Assembly: GCA_002269645.1 (NCBI GenBank) | Contig: NIVC01000573.1 | Span: forward strand, 248,001-312,000 | DNA from: Macrostomum lignano | Taxonomy: Eukaryota | Length of the DNA stretch: 64,000 bases | Reading direction: 5' to 3' | Part shown: positions 1-17,500 of the stretch, one piece after another | How positions within the stretch are numbered: the first letter of the stretch is position 1 | How the letters are laid out: every line of letters begins with the position of its first letter | The notes under the pieces: generated by a model | Told to the model about the DNA's origin: nothing | Database searches by the model: none | What the model saw: only the letters and a program-made list of their open reading frames with translations | Program-made: the position numbers and the translations under genes

Positions 1-575
1 CATAAGCTGGAGTTGTGTTTCATAAACTGGAGTTGTGTTTCATAAACTGGAGTGTGTTTCATAAACTGGAGTTGTGTTTCATAAACTGGAGTTGTGTTTC
101 ATAAACTGGAGTTGTGTTTCATAAACTGGAGTGTGTTTCATAAGCTGGAGTTGTGTTTAATAAACTGGAGTTGTGTTTCATAAACTGGAGTTGTGTTTCA
201 TAAACTGGAGTTGTGTTTCATAAACTGGAGTTGTGTTTCATAAACTGGAGTGTGTTTCATAAGCTGGAGTTGTGTTTAATAAACTGGAGTTGTGTTTCAT
301 AAATTGGAGTTGTGTTTCATAAACTGCAGTTGTGTTTCATAAACTGGAGTTGTGTTTCATAAACTGCAGTTGTGTTTCATAAACTGCAGTTGTGTTTCAT
401 AAACTGCAGTTGTGTTTCATAAACTGGAGTGTGTTTCATAAACTGGAGTGTGTTTCATAAACTGCAGTTGTGTTTCATAAACTGCAGTTGTGTTTCATAA
501 ACTGGAGTTGTGTTTCATAAACTGGAGTGTGTTTCATAAACTGTAGTTGTGTTTCATAAACTGGATTGTGTTTCA
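1..575. repeat. 20-bp minisatellite (CATAAACTGGAGTTGTGTTT)n, probably in an upstream intron of the protocadherin
   Basis: About 28 near-identical tandem units read directly; runs off the window start. Confidence 0.95.
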
Positions 576-1084
576 GAAAATATCGGAGGTGTTCAAAAAG
601 AAGATATTTTGTGCACCGTGAAACCTTTCAGAGCTGTCAGAGCACATACCCAGGTAATTATTGACAGAGAAACTTGAAAATGAAGAAGAGACGGGTTGAG
701 TTTTTTCAAATTTGCTTTTAACTGTAAAGGAATATTTTTCTCTTTATAGGTAATTTTGTTTTTTAGAACCCACCGGGTGCGCCGATGAAACATCTGCAAG
801 CAAATCACCTGGGCAATCAATTTTTGTCGAGGTTGCCGCGATGAGCAGGCGGGGACTGGGGCGGGGGGAGGGGCAGCAGAATCGATGAGCACACAGGCAG
901 CAATTTTCGCCTCAACGAAGCGGGATAAATGGAGAAAAAAAGCAAAATCACCATCATCTTTATGCACCTTTGAAAAGCGGAGCAGCTGATGATTCTTAGC
1001 AGCCTGTAAGAGCGAATTTTCGTTGCATTTCTTGGAAAGCTAGCGTGTTACAGATCACACAAAACCGAAGCTAAAATGACCAAA

Positions 1085-1195
1085 ATTAAAATACCCGAAA
1101 CCGAATTCAAACCCGAAACCGAACTCAAACCCGAAACTGAATTCCAACCCGAAACTGAATTCCAACCCGAAACTGAATTAAAACCTGAAAACGCA
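1085..1195. repeat. Short 18-bp tandem repeat (AAACCCGAAACTGAATTC-like) ending just before the acceptor at 1209-1210
   Basis: About 6 degenerate units seen directly. Confidence 0.8.
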
Positions 1196-1210
1196 CCCGA
1201 AAATGCGTAG

Positions 1211-5303
<4,093 letters not shown>

Positions 5304-8300
5304 GCTCCGAGTTTTCAGTAACCGAGGCAGTGTACATGTATTCAGTTTAAACATTGTCACTAAATGACGACTTGTATTGGATTCTGACTAAAAGACTTAA
5401 AAGCATTTCTTCGGCACTAATTCGGGTTACCGATCCACAGACGCAGTAGAAAGCACAGATGCACCATGGCACCGATACAGTAGGCTTAGCGATATACCAA
5501 TAGAGAAGAAGGGCAGGTCATACGAATATACAGCCAACGTAAGGTCATTGGGGTAGAAAATAATAGTCTGACTTCTGGTTCTACTAAAATGCAAATGACA
5601 TTCGCCAACCTCGAGCACTGTTAGCCTGCAGCAGTAAATGAGGGTTTGCTGGGTAGAGAACTTGGGGTTAGGACCGGAGAGACAGACCAGAAAATCGATA
5701 ACTTTCATTCAACCCCACGCACGGCTAGCCTGCAGCAATTAAATGGGATAGCGCGCGGGGGTAGAAAACAAGAGGTGGGGAAGGCAGTGGGACAGACCAG
5801 AAAATCGATAACGTTCACCAAACCACACGCAAGGCTGTCCTGCGGCTAGAAGAGTTAGAAAGTTACGAAACAAACCAGTTTACTGATAAGGGGTTTACTT
5901 CTACTTTAAAAAGCATTATAGATTTAGTTGGCTGGTTAGTAGTAAGTATTGAATTGCTTCTCACTCGGATGTTTTAGCGTAGTGCGCTTTGGCATAACTT
6001 TTTCGTGCACATGGAAATTGTTTTTCTTTTCTGTTGAAATTGTTCGCAATGCACCATTGCTTTTTGCTGTATCAATACGTTTGTATCCAACCTTATCTAA
6101 AATATGGTAGATTTTAATAAAGATAAAGTGATGACTGCCAAGTGCAATTTTCGAGTTGAACAGTCTTCGATATTTCTTCAGCTTTTACTGAGGAACTTTC
6201 ATTTTTTGAAAAATGCATCTTTCATAGGCCGCTTTTTGTCCTAGAATCAGACCATTACGGATCTGGATAAATAGGAATTCCAGATGTATCAGACGACAAT
6301 TTCCTGCCTTAACTAAACCGTTTGCTCCTATTTCATGCATCAGACTAAAATTTTATAATTTCAAGAAAACGATATTTGATGTCAGAAAAGTCAAAGCACG
6401 ACGCATTATAGTCAGAAACTCGTATAGTCAGAAATGCTGCGAACGGTGATGTTCGGACGAAAACAAAACGAAAACGACTTCGTTGGAGTCTGTCTTCTAC
6501 AGATTTAGTCGAGAATTAATTTCCGATCAATAGAATTCACACATTAGTTTTTTTACTCATCTGCAACTCCAAAGCTGAGACGAGAGATCATTGCTAATTG
6601 ATGTGTTGTTTCATTTTGCAGCGATAATGATCGAGTCACCAATAAAGTTTGCACGGGTCTAGGAGTGCAGAGTCCTTCAGATTGAGCACAGTGAGAGGAC
6701 TGGAACACGATTATGGCAGACCCTGGTCTCCAATCTGAGCTCTGAGCCGCAGCTGCAGAGCTGAGCTACTCAAAAAACAGCCAACCTTCAAGTCGCCCTT
6801 GTGTATATATTGATTGGATAGTGTGCGCCAGTGTGTGTTTTTTCGGCAATGACTTGCACAGGCTGCAGCGTGTGGGAGGGGCAATTCCCCAGCGATGGGG
6901 ACGCAAAATAGTTGAGTAGCTTCTCCTCCTTGGGGCAGAGCTTTCCGCCAGCAGGCGGCCTCTCATTCCTGTCGAAGCAGCTTCCCGCTGTCAGTGTGGA
7001 AACTGCCGGACTGGCTGCTGTCGAGTGGAACTCATTAGAATGAGCTGGTCGGGTGCGAGACTGTTGAGTCTGTTTGGCGTGAGGGACTAGCTAGGAGGGG
7101 GATAATTTTCCCAGTAAGAAGGCGCAGCTGCTTCTTTCCCAACAGCTGGGTAGTGGAGTGGGGTGGAGGTATCGATGCAGCGGGTCAGTGTACTTGCCTT
7201 GGCTAGCTGGATACAGACACTGCCTAGGCTTCACATTGTGGGAAGAAAAACGGGGACTCGCTGAGTAATTGCGGGGCTGACCTGTGCATCACGCACTAAA
7301 CAGTGGGAAATAGCGATTCAATAATCTGTAAGGAAAAGCGAAAGACAAAGTGCCGGTCAAAGTGCGTCTGTGGCTCAAATTTCGACGTTGCTTTAGTCGG
7401 GGCTAAGTGGAACAGGGGAAGTTAAAAAATTCAGAAGTCAATCCGATTCGATAAATGCCAATGGAGTGAGGGTTTTCAACACAGGCAGCAGGCATCGAGA
7501 TTAATCACAGCTATTTCATCGAATTTCCATTTTTAAGACGACTGACTCCATGGAAATAGAATTTGAGGAAGCGTCTTTCTTGCCACCTTTTTAAAGAAAT
7601 TTCAGCTTGCAGGGTCAGCCTTCGCACAGCCTTGGTTCTCCCAAGCATGTGATGCTGCTGTACTTCTGTCCTGAAAAATTCAACCGAAGAACAACAATTA
7701 GAAAGCGGAGATGCCTGGGAGACAAGCCGATTCCGTCGTTACTTTGCAGTATCTACGAAGTCAAATCCCGTGTTTTTTCGAAAAATCCAGTTTAACAAAT
7801 ATATTGGTCCGAATAAACGAGGCTGTGTATTTTTAAAACATTTACTCGTATAGGTTCCAGGGATATACATTACAGGCTATGCAGCACAACGTCAATGGCA
7901 TGGGTAGCGTAGCCGTACTGCTAACAGACCGAACACAATATTAGCACAACATCGCGGTAACCAGATCGCAGAGTGGCATTCATCATAAGCGGGTTTAAAA
8001 GCTAGGAAAATCCGAACAAGCTCACAATGCAGGGGGAATGAGTCTCAATGCGGCAGCTCTTATTTGTTTACCCTATGTCTGAAAAGCCAGTGCAGACAAA
8101 CAGTGACTGGTTTTGTTATAACTGCAACAGAAACCTGTAAAAAAGCACAGGTGAAATCGCTATTGTTTTCTATTCATTTGCGACTTCGCGATCAATTCAT
8201 ACGAGTGCTCTGTTTTTTTTTCACGACAGTCAGCACTCAATGAAGTCACTGGAATTTTGTATTTAAAAATGAATATTAAAATCACTGCGACACGCACGGT

Positions 8301-8516
8301 CATACAGGTGACATCTTCTTTGGGTAATTAATTTTGGAAATCATTTGCTTTTCTATCAGTTTTCCAATTTCCTTTATTGAATTCGCAATTCCCAAACGCC
8401 TGCGCTTCCAAAAATAAAGCATGCACAGTATCTCAAAGCGAAGCCAGACGGATGTGATGCAGAGCTGGGCTCAAAGCGCAGTTGCAGCTCAGCCAGACTC
8501 CGCAGCGACTCCCCGC

Positions 8517-11500
8517 TCACTTCCTGGAGCCGGACGCGGCCGGAGCCGTCAGACGGTGCCACCTTGCCGGGGCGCTCTTGGACTTGAGCATGTTCCACCA
8601 GTGCTGGTACTCCTGGCCGCTGGTGTCGGGGCCCAGGTACACCCGGCCGACCTCCGTGCTGCTTAGTACGCCTTCGTGGCACACGGAGATCTCCAGGCAG
8701 CCGATGCGCAGGTCCTCCTCGGCCACCCCGTTGAACACGAGCGCCTCTTCCCACACAGGGTTGCCTGGCGTCTTGCAGCTGCTGGTCTTCTTCTTCTTTT
8801 GCTTCCGGCCTCCCTGTGTGCTCAGGGTGACGCGTACGGAGGCGTCTGAGCGGCGACGGGGGGGGGGGGTGGGGATTGACAGGACGAGTTCAGTGCTGCT
8901 ACGCAGTTTTTGAGCTAGAAGATCACTAATAAACCTAGTCGTGTTTGTCCCAGAATCGAATTTCAGCTCCCGCACATCCTGACTGAAGTCTTTGGTTGCT
9001 CATATTTGCTCTGTTCATTAAAAACGAACTCAGGTTCAGATCAGCTCATCCTTCTTGTCTTGCCACCCACTTGCCGCTTGCTATCAGGCTCTGCCTAATT
9101 CTGCCTCAAACTGGTGCATCAAATTCTATAATGTCCTTTTCTGCTGCGTCCTGTTTCATCCCTATCCGATTTCATCTAATAGATTGCCTTCTATTATTGG
9201 CGTACTTTGCCTCAGCACAGGTTTTGTGCAGCAAGACGAAGCTGTAGAGTTTTACCGATGCAAAATAGAGGATTCCTATAATCAAAGGCATATTCAACTG
9301 TCGAGCTAAAAGGGTCAAATTAGGACTATTGCTAGTCAGATTCAGCTATATTAGTTCTTTTGCCTTCTTCCTACGAGTTTTATGGAATCATAATTTAGGC
9401 TTTAATGGCCCAGCCTTTTATTCGGATTGCAGAAGCCACTGTGGGAGCTGCTCAAAATTAAGCCAAGAGCTCACCACTAATTGGCTTGTCTTTGTTGATG
9501 TCGCGCAGGTTGCGTGCCTTTATGATTGACACGCCAAGGCGCTTGCAGCGGACAAGAAGGACAGCGAAAACATCAGGTCACCGATTTTATGCTCCTGAAA
9601 TAGTGGGCGATTGCAAGATGGAAATGATTTTGTGACGGGACGGAACGCCTGAACAGGTATCCTCACCGGGTCTGGATCTTTCTCAAGCGAAGTCAGTCCC
9701 TTCCACAGGGTGGTCTGAACCTCAGCGCCGGCAGCGGCCGAGTCCGCATCCAGCACATCAGTTAGCGGTAGACGGACCTGACCCAGACAGTCGTCAAGAG
9801 AACACGGGTCATAGTCAAACACGGTAATCTCCAAAACGCTCCAGTGAATGTCCTGCTGAGCGAGTTCGAATATGAAAGCCTCCTCAAACTCGGGGCGCAG
9901 CGTCTTCTTGTGAACCTGGAGACGAGTGAATGGCGCGATGCGATAGCAGGCTTTAAAGGAGCATCGATCTCGTAATTTAGTTTGCTTTCCTTGTTCAGAA
10001 ACTGGGACAGTAATTATCAAACGCGAGCTGCTGCCATCTGAGAGCCTGGCTTCTTGAGCAGGCGATCTAGCCTCATTGCTTTGCATCTCTGAAGCACGAT
10101 AATTTAATAAACGGGCCGACAGATGTTTGCGCTTCTCGTCTCCCCCATTGCCCTTCAAATTAGCGGGGCAGAGAGGGGGCCTGTGGATCTTCACCCTCCG
10201 TCTTTGCAATAATCCCATGCCCTTGAAATTGCAGGCCCTTTTGCTGCCTTGCTCGATTCTTTGGCTTCTGTCCCGCTGTCGCTTTTCTGTTAGATCTCAA
10301 GCCGGTTCGGAGAGGAAAATTATTTTGGCATTGCTTTCTGCGACGCCTCTTTCCTTAGCTACCAGCACTTCATCGACAAATTCCAGCTTTTCGGCTCACA
10401 TCTCTCTGGCAGTTTTTTATTCCGAAAAAATAGTCTGCCTTGTTGCCTTTGACCAACAGCCCATTAGGCCAGGCAAGCTGATTGAGCGCATTGGGTGCTG
10501 GCGTCTTGCCAGCTTCAAAGAGGTTGCCTTGGGGAGGAGAAAAGAAAATTCCTGAAGAAAAATTAATCCTCTTGGTCGCACTGGTGGAGAATTCTATACG
10601 AGCCACAAAGGGAAAACGTCGACGCTAAATTTTATTGAAATAACTCACTAAGCTCCTTCCATAGAAATGGGTGGATTTCCGAGCTCTCCGAGCAGCCAAA
10701 GGCAATTTCTGCCATAGACAGCAACCATAGACAGCAACCATAGACAGCAACCATAGACAACAGTCATAGACAACAGCCATAGACAGCAACCATAGACAGC
10801 AACCATAGACAACAGTCATAGACAACAGCCATAGACAGCAACCATAGACAGCAACCATAGACAGCAACCATAGACAACAGCCATAGACAGCAGCCATAGA
10901 CAGCAACCATAGACAGCAACCATAGACAACAGTCATAGACAACAGCCATAGACAGCAACCATAGACAGCAACCATAGACAAAAGCCATAGACAGCAGCCA
11001 TAGACAACAGCCATAGACAACAGCCATAGACAACAGCCATAGACAACAGCCATAGACAATCTCTGCCATAGGCCGCAGCCATAGACAATCTCTGCCATAG
11101 ACAGCAGCCATAGACAACAGCCATAGACAACAGCCATAGACAATCTCTGCCATAGGCCGCAGCCATAGACAATCTCTGCCATAGACAGCAGCCATAGACA
11201 ATCTCTGCCATAGGCCGCAGCCGTTGGAACTCTGCTGTAGAAAAATGCTTGATCCTACACTCTAAGCCTGAATCTGGAGTCAAAAGCCTCCTGCTCTTTG
11301 AAAAAAAGCAAGATAGAATATTTTCAAGTCTAATAGCCTGCCTTCCGAACTTTAATTTCTTGACCGAACTTTAGGAGAAAAAAGTTGCATATACTGTACG
11401 AGCTGTTTATTGTAGAATTGTTAAATTACAGGGTTTATAGGCAAAGTTGATCACTCATGCCTAGCGCACAAGTAATAGAGTTAAGTCCGTATCCTGCATC

Positions 11501-14500
11501 ATCCCAATTTTGATTAGTACCTTGTGCAGGATACACGTGAGCTATTTGCTTCAATATCGCTAAACTCGTTAACGCAGTCGTATATTAGATAAAAAATATC
11601 CATAGCCACTTCGTCTGCAGAGCTCTTTCATTCATCCCACCGCTGCCCACCAGATACATCCCGTTAGCCAAATGAATTATCCCCCCCCCTTACCTTTGTA
11701 GTGCTCTGAGTCTTGCGGTTGGGCAGAAGGGCCACGCGGCAGTAGGGGTTGACCGATCCGGTGGAGCTGTCCTTTGGCTGCAGGTCGATGGCCTGAATGA
11801 TGCGCACAGTCAGGATGCCGGTGTCCTCCCGGTAGCTGAGAGAGAAATTCAGCTGGCCGAGGTTCTCCTCCTGGATGCTCTGGATGGCGCTGGTCTGATT
11901 GTACTGCAATTTGGAGGGCGATTCTCCGGAAATGGCTGATGACTGAAAGGTACTTCTGCTCAACATCCGGGTGCCGATTTGTCTCCCTCAGTTTTATGAG
12001 TCAGGGCAGGGCCGCCATGCTCTAACTATACTGCAGCCATTCAACATTGAACTGTGTTTGATTCTTTCTGAAGTCCCTGCAACCTTTGTTCTTCCTGAAT
12101 GGCATGCGGTTTAGATATTCTGTTTACGGATTTTCCCTGTGAATACGAGGGTTGTGTCAAAGGTTTCTGGCAAGGGAATGCAGCCCCATGGCGCAAGACT
12201 TAAATGAAGCCCATGATTTTCAGCCCTCGCAAACAACTCTTCCGGAACTTCTGACACAATCATTCTTTTTCCCAGCAGCTTTTAATGCACCACACGGTAC
12301 TTCATCTCATGACTTTTCAGGTAAATCGTGCTTCGAAATAATTCTGATATAATTCCCAAACAAATTCTAAGCTGGTACTGCTCACTTAGGCTCACTTTAA
12401 GGCTAAAGGGCGCAAAAAGTCTTCCAAAAAGGGTGCTTTTTCCAGCCTCCCCCACCTGAGCCGTGCGCCTCCTTTTTCTCTTCTTAGCTTCTCCTGTGCT
12501 CGAGACCTGCAGCTCAGTGTGGCGCACCGGCCCACCTTTTCTCCCTTTCGTTTCCTCCCGGCTCATGTTTGCTTTTGCTGCAAAGAAAACTTTCTTTCGA
12601 GGATCATGCAGTTGAAAGCAAAGGCGCTCTCTGAAATTCTATCTCCAGCTCTGACGGACTCTTTGCTTCAATCTGATAAGGGGCAGCCGTTAACGAATGA
12701 GGGATGAAAAACTGCAATGCTGTCTTCGCTAAGACAGATGCTTTGGAGATGCTCAAAGTAAATGAATGCCGCTTTGAGCAATTTTATGAGCAGTGTTCTG
12801 AGTATTGATTGCGGACTGGATTGTGAGCACTGATATCTGTTAATCCTATGCATTGCTATGAGCACTGCCGGTGAGCACTATGAGCACAGTCTGTGAGTAC
12901 AATGAGCGCTGCCCCGTGATCACTATGAGCACTGCCCCGTGATCACTATGAGCACTGCCCCGTGATCACTATGAGCACTGCCCTGTGATCACTATGAGCA
13001 CTGCCCCGTGATCACTATGAGCACTGCCCCGTGATCACTATGAGCACTGCCCCGTGATCACTATGAGCATTGCCCCGTGATCACTATGAGCACTGCCCCG
13101 TGATCACTATGAGCACTGCCCCGTGATCACTATGAGCACTGCCCTGTGATCACTATGAGCACTGCCCCGTGATCACTATGAGCACTGCCCTGTGAGCATC
13201 ATCATGAGCCCGGCATCAAAGCCAAACTCACCACCTTGCTGTACAGATCCGCATTGATCTTCGAAGCGTCGATGGCGTCCTGCATGCTGGCTCTGCGTCG
13301 CTCCCTCCGATAGTCGCAACTGCCGCTCACCGCAATGCAGCCTCCTCCGGCGCATCCTCCGATCGCCAGTTTTGATGCCGAAGAGGAGGCCGCTTCCTCG
13401 TTGGTTGCCATGGAGACTGGAGCAATCGCCTCGCCCCCGCGACCAACCAGAGAGGACAGTGAGCGGTGGCCTGGCGGGTCGGGAAGGGACAGGCATGACA
13501 GATCAGAGCACAGCTGTCCTTGCAAACAGCCAATGGGACCGCACCGCCTGCTTGTGTGAGTCCGAAGGCCGGCAAAGGAAACGGAGATTTGCTGCTCAAA
13601 AAGCATCTGTGCTATGCGGGACAGGCAGTGCAGAGGGAAAATGCAACAGACTAAAGCTGTTTTGGAATTTATGACTCCCCTCTCGTTGTGAATTCGGGTC
13701 TTCTGCTCTTGCTTAATTTAATTCCTTTTTTCTATCATTTCCTGGCCGAAATCCCGGCGTTCTCTACGCTCGTACGAGGCGATTTCTCCCCCAGCTGCTG
13801 CTTTTATTGCTCAGAGCGAACGCAGAGGGATTGCCAGAATTTTTAGCTGAGCGTTATTTTCCTTGGATGATGTTGGAAAATGTCGAAGAATTTGCAAACG
13901 TCGATAAAAGACACTTTCCCTCGCCAACCCGAGTAACACTTCGGGTCTCTTATCTCCTAACTGCGATTTGATGTTTGTCAGAGTTTGTCTACTAATTAGT
14001 AGAAAGTATAGAGTGTAGCGCTAAAAACTTGCACGACGGGCAAAGATATATCGCCGTGTTTGTGAGCAGGGGGTTGTAGCCCAGTGGAAGGGGGGTTGTA
14101 GCCCAGTGGAGGGGGTTGTAGCCCAGTGGAGGGGGGTTGTAGCCCAGTGGGGGGTTGTAGCTCAGTGGAGGGGTTGTAGCCCAGTGGAGGGGGTTTTAGC
14201 CCAGTGGAGGGGGGTTGTAGCCCAGTGGAGGGGGTTGTAGCCCAGTGGAGGGGGTTGTAGCCCAGTGGAGGGGGTTGTAGCCCAGTGGAGGGGGTTGTAG
14301 CCCAGTGGGGGGTTGTAGCTCAGTGGAGGGGGTTGTAGCCCAGTGGAGGGGGTTGTAGCCCAGTGGAGGGGGTTGTAGCTCAGTGGAGGGGGGTTGTAGC
14401 CCAGTGGAGGGGGTTGTAGCCCAGTGGAGGGTATTGTAGCCCAGTGGAGGGGGGTTGTAGCTCAGTGGAGGGTTGTAGCCCAGTGGAGGGGGGTTGTAGC

Positions 14501-17500
14501 CCAGTGGAGGGTATTGTAACACAGTGGAGGGGGGTTGTAGCTCAGTGGAGGGTTGTAGCCCAGTGGAGGGGGTTGTAGCCCAGTGGAGGGTATTGTAGCC
14601 CAGTGGAGGGGGGTTGTAGCTCAGTGGAGGGTTGTAGCCCAGTGGAGGGGGGTTGTAGCCCAGTGGAGGGGGGTTGCAGCCCAGTGGAGGGGGCTGTAGC
14701 CCAGTGGAGGGTTGTAGCCCAGTGGAGGGGGTTGCAGCCCAGTGGAGGGGGGTTGTAGCCCAGTGGAGGGTATTGTAACCCAGTGGAGGGGGGTTGTAGC
14801 TCAGTGAAGGGTTGTAGCCCAGTGGAGGGGGTTGTAGCCCAGTGGAGGGTATTTTAGCCCAGTGGAGGGGGGTTGTAGCTCAGTGGAGGGTTGTAGCCCA
14901 GTGGAGGGGGGTTGTAGCTCAGTGGAGGGTTGTAGCCCAGTGGAGGGGGGTTGTAGCCCAGTGGAGGGGGGTTGCAGCCCAGTGGAGGGGGCTGTAGCCC
15001 AGTGGAGGGGGGTTGTAGCTCAGTAGAGGGTTGTAGCCCAGTGGAGGGGGTTGTAGCTCAGTGGAGGGGGGTTGCAGCCCAGTGGAGGGTTGTAGCCCAG
15101 TGGAAGGGGGTTGTAGCCCAGTGGAGGGGGGTTGCAGCCCAGTGGAGGGGGCTTTAGCCCAGTGGAGGGGGGTTGTAGCTCAGTGGAGGGTTGTAGCCCA
15201 GTTGAGGGGGTTGTAGCTCAGTGGAGGGGGTTGTAGCTCAGTGGAGGGGGGTTGCAGCCCAGTGGAGGGTAATTTAGCCCAGTGGTTAAAGCGTTGGACT
15301 TACGACTTGAAAATCGGGGGTTCGATTCCCGATCCCACTCGGAACAATTTGTGTCCTTGACCGAGACGCTTAACTCTGCATTGCTTCAGTTCTCCCAGCT
15401 GTAAAATGGGTGCCAGAATTAACTTGGGTAATTGAGGGTGTGTGTGGGCGACCCGGTTACACATCTGGCCCAAACGGGGCAGGAGTAATCAATCAAGAAA
15501 CCGGCCCTGGCCGTAGCAACTGGGTTTGACTTCACTTTCGTTAGCCAAGAGCTGACGATGCTGTGACATTTCGCAGTGCATTCAATTCCACCTCTTTGCC
15601 GGACAATGACACCGTGGGAAGTCAAACTCACCTGTGAGCTCCATACCGGACAAGGCGGACGCTGCCAGGCTCATGGCTCTTTGCCTGGCAACTGGCGGCC
15701 CGATCGGACTGTCGCCATCCCTGTCTGTTTGAGGCGTCTGCGGCGACAGCGGTAGCGGGTTGGCTGCGGCAGCCGGATGCTGGGAGCTCTGGCCTGCCGC
15801 TGCTGCAGTGTCGTTGAGGTTGGGTCATGGGTTATGCTTAGAGTAGCAAATTAGCTAAGAGTAGCAACGGGGAGCCATAGATTAGCAATAAGGGAAGCCA
15901 TAGATTAGCAACAGGAGCCATAGATTAGCAACGGGGAGCCATAGATTAGCAACGGGGAGCCATAGATTAGCAACGGGGGGAGCCATAGATTAGCAACGGG
16001 GAGCCATAGATTAGCAAGCCACCTCAGATTTAGAACGCAATGAACGCAGCAAAGCAGCCAATTCAAACTGGGATAATTAGGAAAAAATACTGTGGAAGCA
16101 AAGTTAATTACTTCCAATTATTGAAGTTTCGGTCTATGGCATGGTTTGTCTACTTATAATAGCAGAAGAAGAATATTTTATTCCTTTTCTTATCCAGCAT
16201 GTTCAAATTTAACATCGAAATCTGATGGAACTCATTCAAATCTCATTTTCTGTATTAGAAAAACATCTGTAGGATAATTCTCAATAGAAAAGGCAGGAAA
16301 GCTGCTGAATTCATAAAAACTGCTAGCGCATCCATTATCATTGACAATTTTTGAATAAGCCACTCCAGATTACCCCCCCCCCCCTACTCAGACTACTCCC
16401 CTACTCAGAGAGCCGAAACAATGGCAGGCACACGAGGCACGCGGTAGTCTGTTTACGGAATCCAGCAGGGCATTGAATTCTGGGAATCTGCATCGGCGGC
16501 CTTGCCGCTTCAGCGGTCCCGGGAGGAAAAACATTTAAAACAAAAAGCAGAGCAGCTCAACGAAATTTCCCTTCCCCCCTTTTCAATAGAGATAATAAGA
16601 ATCCTCTTCCTCACGGAGCAGAGTCGGGATTTTTTTGGGGGGGGGGAATTGGCGACAGGCTGAGGGCGGAGCCGAGCTGGCAGATTCCTGCTAGAGGATC
16701 TGCATCCTTCTCATGCGGGCTGCCGGAGGCGAGCCGTGGAGCTCTGGAACCATGCTGTCTGGATTGGAAACAGCAGACTGGGCTAAGCACAAGCCGAAGC
16801 TGAAATTTCTACTCCTTGATTAAACTGCACTGAGTAGACTTACAAAATTTGTTATAAATTTAATGGCTTATTCAGAGGACGCCTTCACAAATCGGCAACT
16901 TCACTAGGGCTAGGGCTAGGGCTAGGATTAGGGTTAGGATTAGGGTTAGGGTTAGGATTAGGGTTAGGGTTAGGGTTAGGATTAGGATTAGGGTTAGGGT
17001 TAGGGTTAGGGTTAGGGCTACAGAAAGAGGTGCACCAACGCCCCTGGACTGCCGGCAATGCCGCGAGGCTGTCCCTGTCCTTTACCCGCCCTGCGCAGGG
17101 CCCTGCTTGGACTCAACCGCAAGGACATCAGGGCGTCGACCATGGCCTTCTCGGGTCATGACTGCCTTGCCAGGTATCGTCAGCTCCAGGGAAAATCCGC
17201 AGTGAGGAATGCCCCTTCTGCCTCTCCGGTGTCGAGAATGCGGAGCACCTCATCTGTGAACTCCCCGCCTTTACTCAGGACCGGCTCAGGACAGAACCCG
17301 GACCTCTCCGACGTTTTTAGGCCCGAGAATCTCTGCCAGCTCGTCCGCTACCTAAGGGCTACCGGGCGAGCGACAATCCACCTCCTGGACTCTCGGACAC
17401 CGGCACCACCGGATCTCCCTGCGCGACACCGCAGCACCAGCTGCGCGTGGTCGCCAGGGGTTAGCGAAATGGGCGGAAACGCCTCCTCGCTGCATCCGGA

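Noticed and set aside
5648-5850. Imperfect about 115-bp tandem duplication (GACAGACCAGAAAATCGATAAC core)
   Set aside because: Real but only two diverged copies, with no coding or structural signal; ordinary local duplication.
10370-10606. Possible extra exon of the C2 gene
   Set aside because: The 11694 donor joins 9915 in frame to give a continuous C2A (STTK|VHKK); no C2 motif in this ORF.
15270-15345. Functional tRNA gene (Val-like loop CTTACGA; CTCACGA in copy 2)
   Set aside because: The 5' and 3' ends do not form an acceptor stem, the two copies differ in the anticodon, and homology continues into a SINE body and tail.
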